NCBI GenBank assembly: GCA_944393695.1
Contig: CALYAY010000007.1
Span: 14,266-78,265, forward strand
Reading direction: 5' to 3'
Length of the DNA: 64,000 nt
Source of the DNA: an uncultured Alphaproteobacteria bacterium
GTDB taxonomy: Bacteria; Pseudomonadota; Alphaproteobacteria; RF32; CAG-239
Below are positions 30,960 through 42,600 of this stretch, piece after piece. The position numbers were made by a program, and so were the translations under genes. Below the pieces are notes generated by a model, which worked only from the letters and a program-made list of their open reading frames with translations, had not been told where the DNA came from and made no database searches. Positions within the stretch are counted from its first letter, which is position 1; every line of letters begins with the position of its first letter.

Positions 30960-32384
30960 TTATTTACAATCAAGGTAACAGGTTGAACTGCCGTAAGTTG
31001 TTTGTGTGCATTGTTTTCCGGCAGGAATGCTGTCTAATAATCCGGCATCAGCGCAGGTTTTGGGACGGCAGACATAGCACAGGCTGCCGGCTTCGGTGCG
31101 AGAGGCTCCGGTTTGGATTTCGTCAGCACCGCAAGGGGTTTGGGTTCCCTCTGAGCAAGTGTCGTTTTTATCCCGGCAGATGTAGCAGAAGTTTCCGGCT
31201 TCGGTCAGCAAGGTTCCCATCTGGATCTGATTGGCTGAGCATTTGTTTTTGGACGAACCTGACGGACAGGTGTCATTTTTGCAGACATGGCAGGTGCTTC
31301 CGGCTTCGGTTACAGAAGTTCTGATTTCAACCTCGTCCGGCCCACACGGGGTTTTGCTGCCCTCGGCGCAGGTATCGTCTTTGGGCTGGCACATATAGCA
31401 CATGGAACCGTCTTCGGCATAAGCCACGCCACTCTGATATTCTTTGTCGGTGCAGGCTTCTTTGCGGCTGCCGCTCGGGCAAGTGCTGCTCTTGTCACGG
31501 CAGACATAGCACAGACTGCCGGCTTCAGTGCGGGAAGTGCTGACAACAGCCTGGTTTTCGCCGCAGGGCGTTTTGCTGCCTTCCGTGCAGACATCATTTT
31601 TGTCGGTACAAATATATTTGGTTACCCCGGAACAATCCGTACAAATTGACTGATTCTGGTTGGGGGCACAAGGGGTTAACTGACCGCTGCAAGTTTCACT
31701 GCCGCCATTGACGCAGCCTTTGCAAACCATATGGGTGCCGCCGCAGCCGTCATCTTCGTCTTCAACACCATAAGGGCATTCCGAAGGCGAAACATCGGGT
31801 TTGGGCGTGCATTGTTTGCAAACGAGCATGGTGCCGCCACAGCCGTCGTCACCGATTTCTACACCGTATAAACAACTGGCTTCATCAACGGGAGCTTTCG
31901 GGGTGCAGCCTTTACAAACGTTTCTGGTACCGCCGCAACCGTCAGAGGCCGTGGCATATCCATAAGGACAATTGGTTTCATCCGGCAGAGGCATACAAGA
32001 GTTGCAAACGGTTCTGGTTCCGCCGCAGCCATCGGAAGCTGTGGTTGTTCCGTAAGGGCAATCGGTTTCATCGGCCAAACGCACGCAGGTTTTGCAGACA
32101 TAGCGTTTGCCGCCGCAGCCGTCATCGGCCAACTCGCGGCCATAGTCACAATTAGTCTGGTCGGCCAGAGGTGTACAAATCTTTTCCGGTTCATCAAATT
32201 CATAACCGCTGCATCTTCCGGAATCGGTAATAAAACAAACTTCGCTGTATTGTTTTGCAGATTTTGGAGATTCAAGAGATAAAAACAGGTCTGACGACAG
32301 GTTTTCATCCGGAACAAAGATTCCGGCAAAGGCCGGTGAACTTAATATAGAAAATGACAAAAATATTGTAACAAACTTGCGCAT
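30960..32384 (-). CDS. Cys-rich tandem-repeat secreted protein, distant member of the P family
   Basis: Start at MRKF (RBS AAAGGAGG); signal peptide ending AFA; CFITDSGRCSGYEF resembles CFVTDTTDCSGNEF; 5x DGCGG repeats and 5x [TA]E[AD]G..C..C repeats. Confidence 0.88.
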   Translation of the reverse strand: MRKFVTIFLSFSILSSPAFAGIFVPDENLSSDLFLSLESPKSAKQYSEVCFITDSGRCSGYEFDEPEKICTPLADQTNCDYGRELADDGCGGKRYVCKTCVRLADETDCPYGTTTASDGCGGTRTVCNSCMPLPDETNCPYGYATASDGCGGTRNVCKGCTPKAPVDEASCLYGVEIGDDGCGGTMLVCKQCTPKPDVSPSECPYGVEDEDDGCGGTHMVCKGCVNGGSETCSGQLTPCAPNQNQSICTDCSGVTKYICTDKNDVCTEGSKTPCGENQAVVSTSRTEAGSLCYVCRDKSSTCPSGSRKEACTDKEYQSGVAYAEDGSMCYMCQPKDDTCAEGSKTPCGPDEVEIRTSVTEAGSTCHVCKNDTCPSGSSKNKCSANQIQMGTLLTEAGNFCYICRDKNDTCSEGTQTPCGADEIQTGASRTEAGSLCYVCRPKTCADAGLLDSIPAGKQCTQTTYGSSTCYLDCK

Positions 32385-32500
32385 AATATTTCCTCCTTTC
32401 GCAGAATTGCTCAATATTCGCGTACATTATACACAAATTCGTATTTTTGTCAATTATGTATTTATTACAGTTTTATTACAAATTTTTGGCCATTTTATGT

Positions 32501-33136
32501 TTATCTCTCAGTGAAAACCGGTTGTCCGTTCCAGAGGGAAAAATCAATCAAGGGATATTTTTCTTTATCCGGCAGGTTAAAGTGCCACCATTCATGTTCA
32601 AGCGCCGTAAAACCGGCTTGTTCCATTAGCCGGCGAAGCATATCGCGATTGGCGACGGCCCGGGCTGCTGCCGGATCATTCCAGGTATATTTGGCTTTTT
32701 CAAGATGATGACGAAAATCATCCCATCGGCCGGCGGAAATCTCATCGGCATAAAAAGGTGAGTAGGCATCTACCGCACAAGGAAAATCAAGCTCTTGTCC
32801 CTTGTCATCCGTCAGAATAACGTCAATTGCTGAGGCATGGCAATGCTGGGATAATTCCGGTTTGCGGGCAAAAAAGCCGGGCATGGGAATAATTTCAAGC
32901 ATCATATTATGAGCCAGCGGCGGACGATAGGCATCGCGGATTTTCAAGCGAAGCCCGCGGGATTGAAGCACGGGGATTAGTTTTTGAAGGTTTTGGTATA
33001 AATCAGACTGCACAAAACAGCGGTTGCCCAGCCCTACCCTGCCGTAAACATTGGTTTTCAACATGTTGGCGGTTCCACTGTACATCAGGTCAACAATAAA
33101 AGTTTCGGAAGTTTTTATCTCTATCAGATTTGCCAT
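32501..33136 (-). CDS. ddpX: D-Ala-D-Ala dipeptidase (M15D, VanX/DdpX family)
   Basis: DAYRP, SQH..ASAID and EWWHF zinc-peptidase motifs; start uncertain (33136 or 33151). Confidence 0.85.
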   Translation of the reverse strand: MANLIEIKTSETFIVDLMYSGTANMLKTNVYGRVGLGNRCFVQSDLYQNLQKLIPVLQSRGLRLKIRDAYRPPLAHNMMLEIIPMPGFFARKPELSQHCHASAIDVILTDDKGQELDFPCAVDAYSPFYADEISAGRWDDFRHHLEKAKYTWNDPAAARAVANRDMLRRLMEQAGFTALEHEWWHFNLPDKEKYPLIDFSLWNGQPVFTER

Positions 33137-33261
33137 TTTTTTCTGTCGCAATTGTTATAAAAATCAATTGATTATTTACCGTTGAATTCATTTTGTCAAC
33201 AAGCCAAAACAAAACCCCGGAAAAAACAACGGGGTTTTGCCTGTATATAAGTTCTTTATGT

Positions 33262-33774
33262 TTAAGCGTAAACGGCGGTTTCTATTCCGTATTTACCCGG
33301 ATGGGCGGGAAAGCCGACATTCCGGGACATGCCTCCGATGTATTCAAGAAATTCTTCTTTAAATTGATGAATGTCGCCATATTTCATATCGCGGACATAG
33401 CAGTTGATGACCATGTATAAATGTTCTTTTAAGCCGATGGTCATGGATGACAGCAGATTAAGTTTCTTTTGCATAATGTTGACATAACCGCTGTCTTGTC
33501 TGCCCTGCAGGGAATGAATGCCTTTAATGCGGCGGCGAATATTATTGATTGTTTTGGAATTGCGTTCAATCTGTAGTCTGGCCAGAACATCATAATAGTT
33601 AATTAAGCTTTCACTTTCTGTCACGCCGTTAATAATACGATGAATTTCCTCAGACGGGTTATCTTTCCGGATTGTCCGCAGCAAAAACTCAAACAAGGAC
33701 ATTTTGCTTTTTTTTGCAATTGCCAAGTCTTCGATAAATGCCTCTCCAAGCGTTTGATATCTTACCTCTACCAT
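33262..33774 (-). CDS. hypothetical protein
   Basis: 170-aa ORF with strong RBS (AAGGAGGT) and a downstream hairpin at 33211-33238. Confidence 0.75.
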   Translation of the reverse strand: MVEVRYQTLGEAFIEDLAIAKKSKMSLFEFLLRTIRKDNPSEEIHRIINGVTESESLINYYDVLARLQIERNSKTINNIRRRIKGIHSLQGRQDSGYVNIMQKKLNLLSSMTIGLKEHLYMVINCYVRDMKYGDIHQFKEEFLEYIGGMSRNVGFPAHPGKYGIETAVYA

Positions 33775-33887
33775 AGCCGGACCTCCTTCATTGCCAGTTC
33801 ATAATTATATAGATCTTTCGATATAATTATTTTAGCATAAAAAAGGGGGAGAGACAATATATTTTTGTAACAAAAACGTAACAATTC

Positions 33888-35228
33888 TCAGTGCGGGAAA
33901 CGTTTGATTGTCCGAAGGAGGCTTTTTCGGAAAACGCGCAAAAAACTGCCGAGCCCCCTGCCCGCAAATTTTATCCGGCGAAATTGATAAAAGACATAAG
34001 GTTCCTGAACTTTAACCAACAGCGGACGAGGAGAATCAATAATTTTGTAATCATTATTCCGGGGGAGTTTTAACAAAGCCAAATTCCGGCAGCCGGAAAA
34101 AATAAAACGACCGGCACAAGGCGGCAGAGCCTGAACATAAACCACGCGGGAGCCGCTGAAATCAATTCTTCCCTGGAAATGAGCTCCCAGACGAACCGTC
34201 TTGACGGACGGACAATCCGTAAAAATTATTTCTCCGGACGCTTCGGCTCCAAGCTCAAAATTTTGTATTGTCCGGTCATTGCTTAAGTCAATGTATCCGC
34301 TAAAATCCCTGCCGACAGATACTGCCCGTATTCCCTGCCGGGCCGTGATGCTGCTGCCGCTGAAACGGCCGGAAAAGGAGTTGCCGATTTTGACGAAGGA
34401 GGCCAAGACCGAAGAACAGACAACGGGCGAGCTGCAACCGCTGCCGATTTTTATTCCGCGGTAAAACATGCACAGGTTAATGTTTATGCCGGCATTGCAT
34501 CCTTCTTTGATATTCAGGTGTTTCAGATAAATGTCCTGAATGCTGAGACTGCCGCCGAAATTTTTTCCGATGTCCAGGGAAAGAACATTCTCTCCGGAAT
34601 GATAACTGATGTCGGCCCGGCAGTCAGAACCAAGCTTAATCCGGCGGATGCTGCTGCGGGAAAGGAATATCCGGCCGGTGAAATTATCGGCCACGTGCAG
34701 TTTTTTTATGGTGCGGCATTCCCGCAAGTCAATATCAAGGCTGCTGCCGGAAGCGATGCTGATGTTTTTGACTCCGGAATGCAACAGGTTCAGAGTGCAG
34801 TTTTCGGTTTTTGCCGGAACGGAAAGATTGTGGAGGGAAAGGCTGTTAACAACGATAACGGCATTTTTGCCCTCGTGGAAATAGCGGTTAAGCCCCCGGC
34901 GGTGCAATGCGGAAGTTGTCAGATATTCTTTATGTCCGTCGGGATATTTGATAACAGTAATGCCCAGTCTTCTTGCCGCATCTGCCGAAATATCGCATTT
35001 TTCATTAATAACCGCGGCAGCCAGTTTGTTGATAATTCTTGCCGGAACAGTACGTCCGGCATGGGGGCGAAAGTCGGAAACCAGGTTTCCGTTTTTATTC
35101 AGGACGGCAAATATCAATCCGTCACGGCGGCGCAAAAAACAGGAAGTTTCACTGCCCGGCGTTTTTTCCAGACGGAAGAAATAACTGATTTTTTGAACAA
35201 GGTTGTCTGTGGCCATCGGTTTTAGCAT
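33888..35228 (-). CDS. hypothetical LRR-like/beta-solenoid repeat protein
   Basis: About 20-aa repeats of type I..v.iG.nFsG.idls; basic protein. Confidence 0.65.
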   Translation of the reverse strand: MLKPMATDNLVQKISYFFRLEKTPGSETSCFLRRRDGLIFAVLNKNGNLVSDFRPHAGRTVPARIINKLAAAVINEKCDISADAARRLGITVIKYPDGHKEYLTTSALHRRGLNRYFHEGKNAVIVVNSLSLHNLSVPAKTENCTLNLLHSGVKNISIASGSSLDIDLRECRTIKKLHVADNFTGRIFLSRSSIRRIKLGSDCRADISYHSGENVLSLDIGKNFGGSLSIQDIYLKHLNIKEGCNAGININLCMFYRGIKIGSGCSSPVVCSSVLASFVKIGNSFSGRFSGSSITARQGIRAVSVGRDFSGYIDLSNDRTIQNFELGAEASGEIIFTDCPSVKTVRLGAHFQGRIDFSGSRVVYVQALPPCAGRFIFSGCRNLALLKLPRNNDYKIIDSPRPLLVKVQEPYVFYQFRRIKFAGRGLGSFLRVFRKSLLRTIKRFPH

Positions 35229-35383
35229 TTTGAACGTTTTATCCGGGTTTTTATGGTATATATCAGTGATTAATATAAAATTAAAGTCAAAATCATTTGC
35301 TAAATAATAAAATTTATTATATGAAAAATAAAAAGCTTATTATATGAATATATGAAACGGAAAAAAGAACGGAGTTCGTCTTT

Positions 35384-36436
35384 ATGAAGCGCATTATTCA
35401 TGTGTCCAATTTTAATCTGCTGCGTTTGAAAGGCTGTTTTATCAACGGAATGCCGACAAAAATATCCAACGGCTTTATCCGCAACGGCTATTTTGTGATG
35501 AACTATCCCGACCGGGATTTGTGCCGGATGTTCGGCTACGGACATATGAACTTTTTGGGAAAATGCCGCCTAAACAAACATCTTATCGAATATTGCCGGA
35601 CAATAAAGCCCGAAGGGCTGATTATCGGACATGCCGATGCCGTCAATCTGGACACGCTGCTGGAAATCAAAAATATGCTGCCGGAACTGAGAGTGCTGCA
35701 GTGGAGCTGCGACTGGATTGTGCCGGGAGCGGCGAAAAGAAATATCGCCGCGCTGAAAAAATATTCGCCGGCGGTGGATGTGATGATGATTACAACCGGA
35801 GACAAAAAGCTTTTGTCCCAGTTTGTCACGGGGAAAAACAGGGTGGCCTATCTGCCGAATATTGCCGACAAGTCAATTGAGGACGGGCAGGCTTTCACGC
35901 TTGAAAATCCGCCTTTTGACATTATGCTGGCAGCGAGCACCGGGCTGCGCCAGTTTGCGGGAAAAGACGAGCAAATCGAAGATATTGTCGATGAATCGTC
36001 GCGCAAAGTTCCGGGGCTGAAGTGGAAGTTGGCGGGGATAAAAAATAATCCGGGACTTAACGGCTATGAATATATTGATGCCCTGAAACAATCGGCCATG
36101 GGGCTGAATCTGAGCCGTCTGAATGACATTTATCATTACAGTTCGGACAGGCTGGCGCATATTATGGCAAACGGCGGACTGGCTTTTATTGACCGGAGAA
36201 CGGGTTTTGACGATATGTTTGACGAAAGTGAGGCCGCTTTTTATTTCAGCCGCGAGGAATTTTTCGACAAGTTGGACTTTTTCAAAAGAAATCCACGGCA
36301 GCGCATGGAAAATGCCCGGCGGGGATATGAAAAAATTCACCGGGAATTCAATGAAAAAGTCATTGCCAATTATATGGCTGATTTGTTGTTCGGGGAAAAG
36401 TCCGAACGGAAAAGCTGGAAATGCGAAATTGATTAA
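35384..36436 (+). CDS. glycosyltransferase, GT-B fold (CgeB/Glyco_trans_1_2-like)
   Basis: GLNLSR..YSSDRLAH..ANG and C-terminal R...A..GYEK pattern. Confidence 0.8.
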   Translation: MKRIIHVSNFNLLRLKGCFINGMPTKISNGFIRNGYFVMNYPDRDLCRMFGYGHMNFLGKCRLNKHLIEYCRTIKPEGLIIGHADAVNLDTLLEIKNMLPELRVLQWSCDWIVPGAAKRNIAALKKYSPAVDVMMITTGDKKLLSQFVTGKNRVAYLPNIADKSIEDGQAFTLENPPFDIMLAASTGLRQFAGKDEQIEDIVDESSRKVPGLKWKLAGIKNNPGLNGYEYIDALKQSAMGLNLSRLNDIYHYSSDRLAHIMANGGLAFIDRRTGFDDMFDESEAAFYFSREEFFDKLDFFKRNPRQRMENARRGYEKIHREFNEKVIANYMADLLFGEKSERKSWKCEID

Positions 36437-36654
36437 AAGTGAAAAGTAAAGAGAATATTCTTTTTTTCAACAAGTTTTTTATTTTTTATCCCTAAATTAT
36501 TCAAATAAAACCGTATATTTTTTTATTTTCAAAAAGCGTTGTATAACTTTTGGGGCTTTATTGACGCTGTTTATTCCTCTTGTTAAGAATGTATTAATTA
36601 TTGGTGGGTCTGTGCCTTTGTGTGTATACAAAACAGGATGAATTGACAGGGTTT

Positions 36655-39600
36655 ATGCTGAAAAAGTACTTGATAAAAACAAAAAAAGTTATTGTATTTA
36701 TTACAATATATGCTTTTTTGCTCGCGGGAATGCCGGCACGGGCTTATCTTCCGCCGTTGAGCAATGCCCAGCTGTATACCCTGGCGGTTCAGGGAAACGT
36801 AAGGGCTTTGCGGGCGGCGGTGCAGCGCGGCCTGAACATAGACTCGCTTGACCGTTACGGCAATACGGCGCTTTGTCATTCAATTATCAAAAGAAACTAT
36901 ACGGCTTACAACACTCTGCGGGCGGCGGGAGCCAATCCGCATCATCCCTGTATTCAAAATATTGCCAACGGCAACTATGACTCCTTTGTGGCTTCAAGGC
37001 GGGTGGTTCCGGCCACGGCAAACTCGCGGCAGGCCTATGCTTATGTCGGGGATGACGATACCATATGGACAACAGGCATGTGGGCAACGGCCGGCGCGGT
37101 TCTGCTGGGCGGGATTATTGCCCTGGTTTTGAGCAGCAGCGGCGGCGGAAGCGATGATTTTGTTCCTTATGAAACAACGGATTACAGTCTGGCCGGCGTG
37201 GTCGGAACCGAGCGTCCGGATTATCCTCAGGATTATCCGTATAACCCGATTATTCTGCTGGAACAGAACGGAAACACCATCGTTAACGGCTATTATCCCG
37301 ATTACAACCTCGGCGGCGATGCCCAGGAGGGGTGGGTTATATCCAACGATGCCAGCATAGATGTGGAAGGCGAAGACGGCAGCACCGTTTCGACACCGCT
37401 GACGGATTTAATCGATTTCAACAAAAGCGCGCTGGAGTATTCCGACTACATCCAGGTGGCGATGAAAGCGACTTACGGTTCAACCGCCAACAACGGTTAT
37501 GCTTATGACGACCCGATGTATGACGTCGACCGGCATTATCTGATTTCGCTGAAAGACAACACAACCGCCCTCGCCGCTTTTAAGGACAGTTTTGCCAACA
37601 ACTATTCGCAGATAAACATTGATGCCAAAAACGGCACCATCGGCATGATCGGCAGTATTAACTCAACCGTTACGAATCAGACCGCCGGACAGATCAACAT
37701 GACTTTCCGCGGCGACAAAGACAATCATTCGGTTATCGGCATGTATGCGGATACGAATTCGACGGCAATCAACGAAGGCGTTATTTACGGACAGGCACAA
37801 TCTTCCGACAGTATTGCGGGAACGCTTACCGGCATGCGCGGGCAGCTGCTGAATCAGGAGAATCCGAGAACCTCCAAAACAAATGTCACAAACCGCGGAA
37901 CAATTAAGCTGGAGGCCAGCGCCAACAACCGCGACATCAAAACTTCGCTGGTCGGCATGGGCAGCTGGCTGGAAGACGATTTTCTCAACGGGGCAATGTA
38001 TTTGTCGCGTGCCGGATTTGTTTATCTGGACAACCTGGGGTCAATTATCCTGAATGTGGCCCTGACCGGCGAAAACGGGACATACAGCGCCAATTCGGAA
38101 GACGGAACTTCTGCCCTGTTGCAGGGGACCGGCGGAATCGTCGGCATGCGGGCCGACGGCAATACCATCGCGACCAATGACGGACTGATTCAAATCAATA
38201 TTGAAGATGAGGGAAAAAATACCGTTACCAACAATCATGCGGGCATGCAGTCGGTTCACGGCGGAAAAATCGTTAACAACAATACGATTGAAATCAACGG
38301 CGGCGAAGGCGGATACGGCATGCTGGCGGTACGCGGCGAAGGAAACAATCCGGAATTTGACGCTGTGGCAGAAGATGTTTCCACCGTTATGATCAACAAC
38401 GGAAACATCATCGTCAACAGCGAGAACAGCTATGCCATGAAGTCTTATACGGGGGGATCGTCAACCAATACCGGCACGATTACCTTTAACGTGGAAGGCG
38501 TGGCTATTGAGCAAAACACCGGAACCATTGCCAACCGTTCCGACATTATCATGAATGCCGGCGGAATCGGGCTGAAGATGAATCAGAAAGGCGATATTAT
38601 CAACGATTTGTATAATACCGATAATTCGCTGGGAACCATCTATATCGATAACACGCTGAGTAACAATGTCAGCTCCGGCGAAGAAGGAGATTCCGGAGAA
38701 GGCAGCGGCGATACATCGGGGCAGAAAGAAAGCATCGGCATTTATCTGGAGGACGGAACCGTTCTGAACAAAGGAACGATTGAGATGGTCAACACAAAGG
38801 GTGCTACAGGCAATATATCTTACGGGATTAAGGCCGAAAAAGGAAGCATTACCAGCACCAATTCCATTTCAATCAGTGACACTTATGACAGTTACGGGAT
38901 TGCGGTTAAAGAAGGAAGCATTGAAAATTCCGGAGCCGTATCGCTGTTGAACACACGCGGCACGCTTGACCACCTGGGATATGCCTTAAAAAATGACTAC
39001 GGCCTCATCAACAACAGCGGCGCGCTGACAATCGTCAACAAAGACAATGCCTATGGTATCGCGTCCGGTTCGGGAATCGTCAACAATACGGGAAAAATTG
39101 ACATTTCAAGCAATACGGGAACGTCAACCGCCCTCGCCTACGGCATTCAATCCGGCAGCGGTTCGGTTACCAGCAGCAACGATATTTCAATCAGCAACGC
39201 CAATGACAGCTATGGTATTGACGTGAAAGCCGGAAACGTCGGCAACAGCGGGGCCATTACCCTGACCAACACCAACGGATCGGTTGATAACAGCGGTTAC
39301 GGCATTAATTCGGCACAAGGTGACGTTTCCAACAGCGGCGTGATTACCATCGCAAATAAGAAAGAGGCTTATGCCATTACCGCCGCCAATGGTTATGTTA
39401 CAAACGAAGCCGATTTGATTTTGAACGGTAACGCACAGGTGTTGGCTACCACGGGATATGGTATTAAATCGAGTCGCGGCGGCGTGACGAACAAAGGCAA
39501 CGTGACCATTACAAACACCACTGACAGCTACGGTGTCTCTGCGGACAACGGTGACCTTACGAATACCGGTTCGATTGACATGCACAATACTTCCGGCGCC

Positions 39601-42600
39601 CTGGAAGGCCTGGGTTACGGCTTAAAGACCGGAACGGGAAACATCAGCAACAATGCCCAGATTTCAATAAGTAACAAGAATCAGGCTTATGCCCTGTTTA
39701 CGGATACGGGACGCGTTGTTAACGACGGTTCGCTGATTATTGCCGGAAACACCGGGGCTTCAACCGACGCCTATGGTATTAAGTCAACTTCGGGACTGGT
39801 GGAAAATAACGGAAACATTACGATTACCGATACTAAAAACAGCTACGGGGTTGCGACGGAGAACGGAGATATTACGAATACCGGAATTATCGACATGCAC
39901 AGTTCCGGGAATGCACTGGAAGAACTCGGATACGGACTTTTGGGTGGAAAAAGCAATATCGTCAACAAAGCCGCTATTAACATACGTAATAAAAATAACG
40001 CTTATGCAATCAGTAATACTAGCGGAACGATTACCAACGATGCAGCATTGACCATCAATGGCAACGAAAACTCACTCTCTGCTCTGGGATATGGTATTAA
40101 AGGCGGATTTGGGGCCATTACCAATACAGCAGGTATTACCATTACAAATACAAAAGACAGCTATGGCGTATGGACTGAAAACGGTAATATTACCAACAGC
40201 GGAAGCATTTCGCTGGCTGACAGTAGCGGTTCTATTGAAGGAATCGGCTATGGTATCCGGACTGGACATGGTTTTGTTAACAATACAGCGAACATTTCCA
40301 TTAAAAACAAAAACGAAGCCTATGCCATTTCCGATGAGTCCGGAGACGTGGACAATGACGGTACTCTGACCATTAACGGAAACAAAGGCGTTTCGACAAA
40401 CGCTTACGGTATCAAAGTAGCAAGCGGAGCAATTGACAACTCGGCCCAGATTACAATTACCGATACAAAGAACAGCTACGGGGTTTCAACTGATAATGGT
40501 GATATTACCAACAGCGGCATCATCAACATGTATAGTTCCGACGGCTCACTTGAGGAGACCGGATATGGTTTGAAAGCCGGTACGCCGGGAAATGGCACCG
40601 ATGCTGAAGGAAGTTCAAGTACCGGAGGCGGAAATATTACCAATACCGGGGAAATTACGATAAAAAATAAAAACAACGCCTATGCCATCGCAACAGCGGG
40701 CGGAACGGTTTTGAACCAGGCGGCTTTGACCATTAACGGTAATGCGGGAGCCCTGTCGGCGCAGGCTTATGGTATTCAGTCGGCAAACGGAGCCGTCACC
40801 AACGAAGGCGCCATAACGATTACCAATACTCAGGACAGTTATGCCGTTTCGGCCGATAACGGGGATATTACCAATACGGGAACCATTCTGCTGCAAAATT
40901 CTACGGGAGCGGCCGAAGGAATCGGTTATGGTCTGAAAACCGGAAACGGCAATATCAAAAATGATGCGACGATTACGATTGAAAACAAAACCGAGGCTTA
41001 CGGTATTGCCTCTACGACACAGGGCAATATCGACAGCAATGCCGCCATTAACATTACAAATTCAACCGGGGCGGCGGCGGGAATCGCTTATGGTATCAAA
41101 GGCGGAACCGGGTATGTCAACAGCAACAGCACAATTAACATTACCAACGCCAACGAAGGATACGGGATTGCGGTTGACAACGGTGTGGTGACCAGTAATG
41201 CCGACATTACCCTGACCAACACCCAGCAGGCTCAGAACAAGACATCTTACGGGATTAAGGCCGAAAAAGGAAGCATTACCAATAACGCCAACATTTATAT
41301 GAACGTTACCGGCGACCTGACGGCAGAAACAGGAAATGATTCCGGCTCGTTCGGTATTTGGGGCAATGAGGCCAACATTACCAATTCGGCCAATTCGGAA
41401 ATCGTGTTCAGTCTGAGGGGCAACGGTATGCACACGGTGTCGGGCTCTAACGACAACTATGGTTCAATCCATATGCAGAAAGGCGGAACCGGAATGTCGA
41501 CCGACTCCGGCAATGCCATTAACCACGACAGCGGCACGATTACCATTGATGACACCGGCGTGGGTATGGCTTCGGGCAACGGAAAAGCCACCAACGACGG
41601 GCAAATCAATATTACCGGAACCATGTCTACCGGTATGGAATCGGCCAAAGATGCTGAAAACAACGGGACTATCCTGATTACGGGATACAACTCTACCGGG
41701 ATGAGCGTCGTGGCCGAAAACGGGAGTATTGTCAACAACAAGGATATTATCATCAATACCTCGCACAACGGATTGCAAAACTACGGTATGTACGGTTCAA
41801 CCGGGGTTTACAGCCGGATGAACAACAAAGGCAACATCACGATTACCGGCCGGCAGTATCCGACGACGGAAAATGTGGCTTACGGCATGTATCTGGACGA
41901 GGGCGAGGCTCAGAACAACGGCATTATCACGCTGAATGACATTTTCGGCTACGGTATGTATCTGGGAACAGGCGGCACGTTGGACAACTACGGCACCATC
42001 GCGCTTAATTACGGCGGTGTCGGCATGGGCGCCAACGGAGCGGTTTCGGAAGGCAAAGAAACCGTGGCAATGATTAATCATACGGGCGGCACCATTACCA
42101 CCAACGGCCAGTATTCTTACGGTATGTACGGACAGGGAACGGCCACGGCCTGGAATGACGGAACACTGACTATCGGCGGGGAAGACTCTTACGGTATTTA
42201 CACCACCGACGGCAGCGGCACCAATACCAGCACCATCACCATGAGCGACGCCAACTCTGTCGGTATGCACAGCGTGAACGCGGATTCAATCAACAAATCA
42301 ACCGGAACGATTACCATTCAGGGCGAAAACTCGGTGGGTATGCAGACAAACAACGGCGGTACAACCGACACCAGTCTGAACGGCTCGGTCAATGAGGGAA
42401 CCATCAATCTGGAAGACACGGCGACGGGGTCAACCGGTATGACGGTGGTCGACGGCAGCGGAAAGGTCAAAAACAAAGGAACAATTAACGTCGGCAGTAC
42501 ATCATCATCCGGTATGCTGGCAAACGGCGACGGCGGAACGGTTGACAACAGCGGCGATATTACCGTTACGGGCGAAAATTCTTATGGTATGCAGGCCACG

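Noticed and set aside
32501-33136. Vancomycin resistance (vanX)
   Set aside because: No vanH/A/R/S genes; a lone DdpX-type dipeptidase in a Gram-negative organism.
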